From Auanema rhodensis (Eukaryota > Animalia > Nematoda), in assembly GCA_964057225.1 (NCBI GenBank), contig OZ059896.1:3968001-4032000 (forward strand): a DNA stretch of 64,000 nt, given 5' to 3'. Positions 1 through 10,200 of this stretch are shown piece after piece. Position 1 is the first letter of the stretch, and each line of letters starts with the position of its first letter. Position numbers and translations under genes: made by a program. The notes under the pieces were generated by a model that worked only from the letters and a program-made list of their open reading frames with translations, made no database searches and was not told the origin of the DNA.

Positions 1-336
1 GTACACTCAACAATGCTTCCAAAAACATTTTGACAAAAATTTTCCCGAAAAATTTCAAAATAATTTCACAAAAAGTAGATGTTTTTAGATTCCTTTTTTC
101 AAGACAAAGACGATGGACATTGTTATTCAACAAAAAAATTAATTCTTCACGGTGAAAATCGAGGATATAAGTGTGAACCTATATCAGTTGATATCTCGGT
201 GCATTTTCAAGCTAGCGCAAATCTGATAACACAGATCGACGCAGCTTAAAAATCCGCATCGAATGCACTATACTACATTGGGAAACACTAAATACAAAAA
301 TTAGTTATGATCGTTTGAAAAATGATGCATTAGTGT

Positions 337-364
337 ATGTTGAGTTTCCATGTACACTCAACAT
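337..364. repeat. 9-bp inverted repeat with 10-nt loop in the 351-bp monomer (ATGTTGAGT-N10-ACTCAACAT)
   Basis: Arms at 337-345 and 356-364. Shortened to 6 bp in the right subfamily. Confidence 0.9.
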
Positions 365-514
365 TGCTTCCAAAAACATTTTGACAAAAATTTTCCCGAA
401 AAATTTCAAAATAATTTCACAAAAAGTAGATGTTTTTAGATTCCTTTTTTCAAGACAAAGACGATGGACATTGTTATTTAACAAAAAAATTAATTCTTCA
501 GGGTGAAAATCGAG

Positions 515-536
515 GATATAAGTGTGAACTTATATC
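515..536. repeat. 9-bp inverted repeat with 4-nt loop in the 351-bp monomer (GATATAAGT-GTGA-ACTTATATC)
   Basis: Perfect in roughly half of the left copies and most right copies (there read as GATATAAGT-TCAC-ACTTATATC). Confidence 0.9.
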
Positions 537-3500
537 AGTTGATATCTCGGTGCATTTTTAAGCTAGCGCAAATCTGATAACACAGATCGACGCAGCTTAA
601 AAATCCACATCGAATGCACTATACTACATTGGGAAACACTCAATACAAAAATTAGTTATGATCGTTTGAAAAATGATGCATTAGTGTATGTTGAGTTTCC
701 ATGTACACTCAACATTGCTTCCAAAAACATTTTGACAAAAATTTTCCCGAAAAATTTCAAAATAATTTCACAAAAAGTAGATGTTTTTAGATTCCTTTTT
801 TCAAGACAAAGACGATGGACATTGTTATTCAACAAAAAAATTAATTCTTCACGGTGAAAATCGAGGATATAAGTGTGAACCTATATCAGTTGATATCTCG
901 GTGCATTTTCAAGCTAGCGCAAATCTGATAACACAGATCGACGCAGCTTAAAAATCCGCATCGAATGCACTATACTACATGGAGAAACGCTCAATACAAA
1001 AATTAGTTATGATCGTTTGAAAAATGATGCATTAGTGTATGTTGAGTTTCCATGTACACTCAACATTGCTTCCAAAAACATTTTGACAAAAATTTTCCCG
1101 AAAAATTTCAAAATAATTTCACAAAAAGTAGATGTTTTTAGATTCCTTTTTTCAAGACAAAGACGATGGACATTGTTATTCAACAAAAAAATTAATTCTT
1201 CAGGGTGAAAATCGAGGATATAAGTGTGAACTTATATCAGTTGATATCTCGGTGCATTTTCAAGCTAGCGCAAATCTGATAACACAGATCGACGCAGCTT
1301 AAAAATCCACATCGAATGCACTATACTACATTGGGAAACACTAAATACAATAATTAGTTATGATCGTTTGAAAAATGATGCATTAGTGTATGTTGAGTTT
1401 CCATGTACACTCAACATTGCTTCCAAAAACATTTTGACAAAAATTTTCCCGAAAAATTTCAAAATAATTTCACAAAAAGTAGATGTTTTTAGATTCCTTT
1501 TTTCAAGACAAAGACGATGGACATTGTTATTCAACAAAAAAATTAATTCTTCAGGGTGAAAATCGAGGATATAAGTGTGAACTTATATCAGTTGATATCT
1601 CGGTGCATTTTTAAGCTAGCGCAAATCTGATAACACAGATCGACGCAGCTTAAAAATCCACATCGATTGCACTATACTACATTGGGAAACACTCAATACA
1701 AAAATTAGTTATGATCGTTTGAAAAATGATGCATTAGTGTATGTTGAGTTTCCATGTACACTCAACATTGCTTCCAAAAACATTTTGACAAAAATTTTCC
1801 CGAAAAATTTCAAAATAATTTCACAAAAAGTAGATGTTTTTAGATTCCTTTTTTCAAGACAAAGACGATGGACATTGTTATTCAACAAAAAAATTAATTC
1901 TTCACGGTGAAAATCGAGGATATAAGTGTGAACCTATATCAGTTGATATCTCGGTGCATTTTCAAGCTAGCGCAAATCTGATAACACAGATCGACGCAGC
2001 TTAAAAATCCACATCGAATGCACTATACTACATTGGGAAACACTCAATACAAACATTAGTTATGATCGTTTGAAAAATGATGCATTAGTGTATGTTGAGT
2101 TTCCATGTACACTCAACATTGCTTCCAAAAACATTTTGACAAAAATTTTCCCGAAAAATTTCAAAATAATTTCACAAAAAGTAGATGTTTTTAGATTCCT
2201 TTTTTCAAGACAAAGACGATGGACATTGTTATTCAACAAAAAAATTAATTCTTCAGGGTGAAAATCGAGGATATAAGTGTGAACCTATATCAGTTGATAT
2301 CTCGGTGCATTTTCAAGCTAGCGCAAATCTGATAACACAGATCGACGCAGCTTAAAAATCCGCATCGAATGCACTATACTACATGGAGAAACGCTCAATA
2401 CAAAAATTAGTTATGATCGTTTGAAAAATGATGCATTAGTGTATGTTGAGTTTCCATGTACACTCAACAATGCTTCCAAAAACATTTTGACAAAAATTTT
2501 CCCGAAAAATTTCAAAATAATTTCACAAAAAGTAGATGTTTTTAGATTCCTTTTTTCAAGACAAAGACGATGGACAATGTTATTCAACGAAAAAATTAAA
2601 TCTTCAGGGTGAAAATCGAGGATATAAGTGTGAACCTATATCAGTTGATATCTCGGTGCATTTTCAAGCTAGCGCAAATCTGATAACACAGATCGACGCA
2701 GCTTAAAAATCCGCATCGAATGCACTATACTACATGGAGAAACGCTCAATACAAAAATTAGTTATGATCGTTTGAAAAATGATGCATTAGTGTATGTTGA
2801 GTTTCCATGTACACTCAACAATGCTTCCAAAAACATTTTGACAAAAATTTTCCCGAAAAATTTCAAAATAATTTCACAAAAAGTAGATGTTTTTAGATTC
2901 CTTTTTTCAAGACAAAGACGATGGACATTGTTATTCAACAAAAAAATTAATTCTTCACGGTGAAAATCGAGGATATAAGTGTGAACCTATATCAGTTGAT
3001 ATCTCGGTGCATTTTCAAGCTAGCGCAAATCTGATAACACAGATCGACGCAGCTTAAAAATCCGCATCGAATGCACTATACTACATTGGGAAACACTAAA
3101 TACAAAAATTAGTTATGATCGTTTGAAAAATGATGCATTAGTGTATGTTGAGTTTCCATGTACACTCAACATTGCTTCCAAAAACATTTTGACAAAAATT
3201 TTCCCGAAAAATTTCAAAATAATTTCACAAAAAGTAGATGTTTTTAGATTCCTTTTTTCAAGACAAAGACGATGGACATTGTTATTCAACAAAAAAATTA
3301 ATTCTTCAGGGTGAAAATCGAGGATATAAGTGTGAACTTATATCAGTTGATATCTCGGTGCATTTTTAAGCTAGCGCAAATCTGATAACACAGATCGACG
3401 CAGCTTAAAAATCCACATCGAATGCACTATACTACATTGGGAAACACTCAATACAAAAATTAGTTATGATCGTTTGAAAAATGATGCATTAGTGTATGTT

Positions 3501-6500
3501 GAGTTTCCATGTACACTCAACATTGCTTCCAAAAACATTTTGACAAAAATTTTCCCGAAAAATTTCAAAATAATTTCACAAAAAGTAGATGTTTTTAGAT
3601 TCCTTTTTTCAAGACAAAGACGATGGACATTGTTATTCAACAAAAAAATTAATTCTTCACGGTGAAAATCGAGGATATAAGTGTGAACCTATATCAGTTG
3701 ATATCTCGGTGCATTTTCAAGCTAGCGCAAATCTGATAACACAGATCGACGCAGCTTAAAAATCCGCATCGAATGCACTATACTACATTGGGAAACACTA
3801 AATACAAAAATTAGTTATGATCGTTTGAAAAATGATGCATTAGTGTATGTTGAGTTTCCATGTACACTCAACATTGCTTCCAAAAACATTTTGACAAAAA
3901 TTTTCCCGAAAAATTTCAAAATAATTTCACAAAAAGTAGATGTTTTTAGATTCCTTTTTTCAAGACAAAGACGATGGACATTGTTATTCAACAAAAAAAT
4001 TAATTCTTCAGGGTGAAAATCGAGGATATAAGTGTGAACTTATATCAGTTGATATCTCGGTGCATTTTTAAGCTAGCGCAAATCTGATAACACAGATCGA
4101 CGCAGCTTAAAAATCCACATCGAATGCACTATACTACATTGGGAAACACTCAATACAAAAATTAGTTATGATCGTTTGAAAAATGATGCATTAGTGTATG
4201 TTGAGTTTCCATGTACACTCAACATTGCTTCCAAAAACATTTTGACAAAAATTTTCCCGAAAAATTTCAAAATAATTTCACAAAAAGTAGATGTTTTTAG
4301 ATTCCTTTTTTCAAGACAAAGACGATGGACATTGTTATTCAACAAAAAAATTAATTCTTCACGGTGAAAATCGAGGATATAAGTGTGAACCTATATCAGT
4401 TGATATCTCGGTGCATTTTCAAGCTAGCGCAAATCTGATAACACAGATCGACGCAGCTTAAAAATCCGCATCGAATGCACTATACTACATGGAGAAACGC
4501 TCAATACAAAAATTAGTTATGATCGTTTGAAAAATGATGCATTAGTGTATGTTGAGTTTCCATGTACACTCAACATTGCTTCCAAAAACATTTTGACAAA
4601 AATTTTCCCGAAAAATTTCAAAATAATTTCACAAAAAGTAGATGTTTTTAGATTCCTTTTTTCAAGACAAAGACGATGGACATTGTTATTCAACAAAAAA
4701 ATTAATTCTTCAGGGTGAAAATCGAGGATATAAGTGTGAACTTATATCAGTTGATATCTCGGTGCATTTTTAAGCTAGCGCAAATCTGATAACACAGATC
4801 GACGCAGCTTAAAAATCCACATCGAATGCACTATACTACATTGGGAAACACTAAATACAATAATTAGTTATGATCGTTTGAAAAATGATGCATTAGTGTA
4901 TGTTGAGTTTCCATGTACACTCAACATTGCTTCCAAAAACATTTTGACAAAAATTTTCCCGAAAAATTTCAAAATAATTTCACAAAAAGTAGATGTTTTT
5001 AGATTCCTTTTTTCAAAACAAAGACGATGGACATTGTTATTCAACAAAAAAATTAATTCTTCAGGGTGAAAATCGAGGATATAAGTGTGAACTTATATCA
5101 GTTGATATCTCGGTGCATTTTTAAGCTAGCGCAAATCTGATAACACAGATCGACGCAGCTTAAAAATCCACATCGATTGCACTATACTACATTGGGAAAC
5201 ACTCAATACAAAAATTAGTTATGATCGTTTGAAAAATGATGCATTAGTGTATGTTGAGTTTCCATGTACACTCAACATTGCTTCCAAAAACATTTTGACA
5301 AAAATTTTCCCGAAAAATTTCAAAATAATTTCACAAAAAGTAGATGTTTTTAGATTCCTTTTTTCAAGACAAAGACGATGGACATTGTTATTCAACAAAA
5401 AAATTAATTCTTCACGGTGAAAATCGAGGATATAAGTGTGAACCTATATCAGTTGATATCTCGGTGCATTTTCAAGCTAGCGCAAATCTGATAACACAGA
5501 TCGACGCAGCTTAAAAATCCGCATCGAATGCACTATACTACATGGAGAAACGCTCAATACAAAAATTAGTTATGATCGTTTGAAAAATGATGCATTAGTG
5601 TATGTTGAGTTTCCATGTACACTCAACATTGCTTCCAAAAACATTTTGACAAAAATTTTCCCGAAAAATTTCAAAATAATTTCACAAAAAGTAGATGTTT
5701 TTAGATTCCTTTTTTCAAGACAAAGACGATGGACATTGTTATTCAACAAAAAAATTAATTCTTCAGGGTGAAAATCGAGGATATAAGTGTGAACTTATAT
5801 CAGTTGATATCTCGGTGCATTTTTAAGCTAGCGCAAATCTGATAACACAGATCGACGCAGCTTAAAAATCCACATCGAATGCACTATACTACATTGGGAA
5901 ACACTAAATACAAAAATTAGTTATGATCGTTTGAAAAATGATGCATTAGTGTATGTTGAGTTTCCATGTACACTCAACATTGCTTCCAAAAACATTTTGA
6001 CAAAAATTTTCCCGAAAAATTTCAAAATAATTTCACAAAAAGTAGATGTTTTTAGATTCCTTTTTTCAAGACAAAGACGATGGACATTGTTATTCAACAA
6101 AAAAATTAATTCTTCAGGGTGAAAATCGAGGATATAAGTGTGAACTTATATCAGTTGATATCTCGGTGCATTTTTAAGCTAGCGCAAATCTGATAACACA
6201 GATCGACGCAGCTTAAAAATCCACATCGAATGCACTATACTACATTAGGAAACACTCAATACAAAAATTAGTTATGATCGTTTGAAAAATGATGCATTAG
6301 TGTATGTTGAGTTTCCATGTACACTCAACATTGCTTCCAAAAACATTTTGACAAAAATTTTCCCGAAAAATTTCAAAATAATTTCACAAAAAGTAGATGT
6401 TTTTAGATTCCTTTTTTCAAGACAAAGACGATGGACATTGTTATTCAACAAAAAAATTAATTCTTCACGGTGAAAATCGAGGATATAAGTGTGAACCTAT

Positions 6501-7080
6501 ATCAGTTGATATCTCGGTGCATTTTCAAGCTAGCGCAAATCTGATAACACAGATCGACGCAGCTTAAAAATCCGCATCGAATGCACTATACTACATGGAG
6601 AAACGCTCAATACAAAAATTAGTTATGATCGTTTGAAAAATGATGCATTAGTGTATGTTGAGTTTCCATGTACACTCAACAATGCTTCCAAAAACATTTT
6701 GACAAAAATTTTCCCGAAAAATTTCAAAATAATTTCACAAAAAGTAGATGTTTTTAGATTCCTTTTTTCAAGACAAAGACGATGGACAATGTTATTCAAC
6801 GAAAAAATTAAATCTTCAGGGTGAAAATCGAGGATATAAGTGTGAACCTATATCAGTTGATATCTCGGTTCATTTTTAAGCTAGCGCAAATCTGATAACA
6901 CAGATCGACGCAGCTTAAAAATCCGCATCGAATGTACTATACTACATTAAGAAACGCTCAATACAAATATTAGTTATGATTGTTTGAAAAATGATGCATT
7001 AGTGTATGTTGAGTTTCCATGTACACTCAACATTGCTTCCAAAAACATTTTGACAAACATTTTCCCGAAAAATTTCAGAA

Positions 7081-7110
7081 TAAATTTACAAAAAAATTAA
7101 AGTTCACGTA
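7081..7110. other. Left junction, 351-bp satellite to 176-bp satellite
   Basis: ...TTTCAGAATAAATTTACAAAA|AAATTAAAGTTCACG... The switch occurs inside an A-tract with no intervening unique sequence. Confidence 0.95.
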
Positions 7111-7120
7111 AATTTCAAAG

Positions 7121-7135
7121 TCATGGTTACCATGA
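7121..7135. repeat. 15-bp interrupted palindrome TCATGGT-T-ACCATGA, in essentially every 176-bp monomer (first copy given)
   Basis: 7-bp arms around a central T, read directly. A common variant changes only the terminal A to C. Confidence 0.95.
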
Positions 7136-7213
7136 ACCAATATCAATAAAAATTTGTTTTTAGACTAATTTGGACATGGGGAATCTAATTTTGAAAACCG
7201 CATCTATTTATCT

Positions 7214-7257
7214 TTCACGTGAAGCGAGTTACATACCAAGTGCACATCACGTGTACA
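7214..7257. repeat. Palindrome cluster in the 176-bp monomer: TTCACGTGAA, GTGCAC, ATCACGTG (CACGTG) and TGTACA (first copy given)
   Basis: TTCACGTGAA 7214-7223, GTGCAC 7240-7245, CACGTG 7248-7253, TGTACA 7252-7257. Confidence 0.95.
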
Positions 7258-10200
7258 TTTAATTAGCATAAATTAAAGTTCACGTAAATTTCAAAGTCAT
7301 GGTTACCATGAACCAATATCAATAAAAATTTGTTTTTAGACTAATATGGACATGGGGAATCTAATTTCGAAAACCGCATCTATTTATCTTTCACGTGAAG
7401 CGAGTTACATACCAAGTGCACATCACGTGTACATTAAATTAGCATAAATTAAAGTTCACGTAAATTTCAAAGTCATGGTTACCATGAACCAATATCAATA
7501 AAAATTTGTTTTTAGACTAATTTGGACATGGGGAATCTAATTTTGAAAACCGCATCTATTTATCTTTCACGTGAAGCGAGTTACATACCAAGTGCACATC
7601 ACGTGTACATTTAATTAGCATAAATTAAAGTTCACGTAAATTTCAAAGTCATGGTTACCATGAACCAATGTCAATAAAAATTTGTTTTTAGACTAATATG
7701 GACATGGGGAATCTAATTTTGAAAACCGCATCTCTTTATTTTTCACGTGAAGCGAGTTACATACCAAGTGCACATCACGTGTACATTTAATTAGCATAAA
7801 TTAAAGTTCACGTAAATTTCAAAGTCATGGTTACCATGAACCAATATCAATAAAAATTTGTTTTTAGACTAATATGGACATGGGGAATCTAATTTCGAAA
7901 ACCGCATCTATTTATCTTTCACGTGAAGCGAGTTACATACCAAGTGCACATCACGTGTACAATTAATTAGCATAAATTAAAGTTCACGTAAATTTCAAAG
8001 TCATGGTTACCATGCACCAATATCAATAAAAATTTGTTTTTAGACTAATATGGACATGGGGAATCTAATTTTGAAAACCGCATCTCTTTATCTCTCACGT
8101 GAAGCGAGTTACATACCAAGGGCACATCACGTGTACATTTAATTAGCATTAATTAAAGTTCACGTGAATTTCAAAGTCATGGTTACCATGAACCAATATC
8201 AATAAAAATTTGTTTTTAGACTAATTTGGACATGGGGAATCTAATTTTGAAAACCGCATCTATTTATCTTTCACGTGAAGCGAGTTACATACCAAGTGCA
8301 CATCACGTGTACATTTAATTAGCATAAATTAAAGTTCACGTAAATTTCAAAGTCATGGTTACCATGAACCAATATCAATAAAAATTTGTTTTTAGACTAA
8401 TATGGACATGGGGAATCTAATTTCGAAAACCGCATCTATTTATCTTTCACGTGAAGCGAGTTACATACCAAGTGCACATCACGTGTACATTTATTTAGCA
8501 TAAATTAAAGTTCACGTAAATTTCAAAGTCATGGTTACCATGAACCAATATCAATAAAAATTTGTTTTTAGACTAGTTTGGACATGGGGAATCTAATTTT
8601 GAAAACCGCATCTATTTATCTTTCACGTGAAGCGAGTTACATACCAAGTGCACATCACGTGTACATTTAATTAGCATAAATTAAAGTTCACGTAAATTTC
8701 AAAGTCATGGTTACCATGAACCAATATCAATAAAAATTTGTTTTTAGACTAATATGGACATGGGGAATCTAATTTTGGAAACCGCATCTCTTTATCTTTC
8801 ACGTGAAGCGAGTTACATACCAAGTGCACATCACGTGTACATTTAATTAGCATAAATTAAAGTTCACGTAAATTTCAAAGTCATGGTTACCATGAACCAA
8901 TATCAATAAAAATTTGTTTTTAGACTAATATGGACATGGGGAATCTAATTTCGAAAACCGCATCTATTTATCTTTCACGTGAAGCGAGTTACATACCAAG
9001 TGCACATCACGTGTACATTTAATTAGCATAAATTAAAGTTCACGTAAATTTCAAAGTCATGGTTACCATGAACCAATATCAATAAAAATTTGTTTTTAGA
9101 CTAATATGGACATGGGGAATCTAATTTCGAAAACCGCATCTATTTATCTTTCACGTGAAGCGAGTTACATACCAAGTGCACATCACGTGTACATTAAATT
9201 AGCATAAATTAAAGTTCACGTAAATTTCAAAGTCATGGTTACCATGAACCAATATCAATAAAAATTTGTTTTTAGACTAATTTGGACATGGGGAATTTAA
9301 TTTTGAAAACCGCATCTATTTATCTTTCACGTGAAGCGAGTTACATACCAAGTGCACATCACGTGTACATTTAATTAGCATAAATTAAAGTTCACGTAAA
9401 TTTCAAAGTCATGGTTACCATGAACCAATGTCAATAAAAATTTGTTTTTAGACTAATATGGACATGGGGAATCTAATTTTGAAAACCGCATCTCTTTATT
9501 TTTCACGTGAAGCGAGTTACATACCAAGTGCACATCACGTGTACATTTAATTAGCATAAATTAAAGTTCACGTAAATTTCAAAGTCATGGTTACCATGAA
9601 CCAATATCAATAAAAATTTGTTTTTAGACTAATATGGACATGGGGAATCTAATTTCGAAAACCGCATCTATTTATCTTTCACGTGAAGAGAGTTACATAC
9701 CAAGTGCACATCACGTGTACAATTAATTAGCATAAATTAAAGTTCACGTAAATTTCAAAGTCATGGTTACCATGCACCAATATCAATAAAAATTTGTTTT
9801 TAGACTAATATGGACATGGGGAATCTAATTTTGAAAACCGCATCTCTTTATCTCTCACGTGAAGCGAGTTACATACCAAGGGCACATCACGTGTACATTT
9901 AATTAGCATTAATTAAAGTTCACGTAAATTTCAAAGTCATGGTTACCATGAACCAATATCAATAAAAATTTGTTTGTGAACTAATATGGACATGGGGAAT
10001 CTAATTTTGAAAACCGCATCTCTTCATCTTTCACGTGAAGCGAGTTACATACCAAGTGCACATCACGTGTACATTTAATTAGCATAAATTAAAGTTCACG
10101 TAAATTTCAAAGTCATGGTTACCATGAACCAATGTCAATAAAAATTTGTTTTTAGACTAATATGGACATGGGGAATCTAATTTTGAAAACCGCATCTCTT

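Larger units (their letters stand above)
1..7094 (+). repeat. 351-bp tandem satellite array, left arm (subfamily L), ~20.2 copies, truncated by the window start
   Basis: GTACACTCAAC recurs at 1, 352, 703 ... 7021 (exact 351 period, also seen in ORF track starts 315+351n). Copies differ by a few substitutions, and the 351 register never shifts. ~32% GC. Confidence 0.99.

Noticed and set aside
21-74. Helically phased A-tracts (intrinsic curvature)
   Set aside because: A-tracts start at 21, 35, 48, 57 and 70. The spacings of 14/13/9/13 do not follow a 10-11 bp phase.
221-290. Satellite-encoded hammerhead ribozyme (CTGAT... followed by GAAAC)
   Set aside because: The core must be CUGANGA. The sequence has CTGATAA (left), CTGATAG (right) or CTGATAT (other strand), and I see no compatible three-stem arrangement.
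1-351. 351-bp unit as a diverged dimer of the 176-bp unit
   Set aside because: There is no visible similarity between its two halves and no continuous alignment to the 176 monomer. Only short shared words exist, reported as a weak finding.
315-6824. 19 copies of a 63-aa ORF (MKNDALVYVEF...)
   Set aside because: It has a TTG start and a K/F/N/I-rich composition dictated by A/T tracts, with no recognisable domain. The same frame carries a TAG stop (ATT TAG CG) throughout the right-arm subfamily. It is a by-product of the repeat.
1-7269. Assignment to known satellites (alpha satellite 171, Arabidopsis CEN178, Drosophila 1.688/359-bp, Tribolium TCAST) or a CENP-B box
   Set aside because: Only the lengths are similar. 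I recognise no sequence match and see no TTCGNNNNANNCGGG motif. A BLAST/Dfam search is needed.
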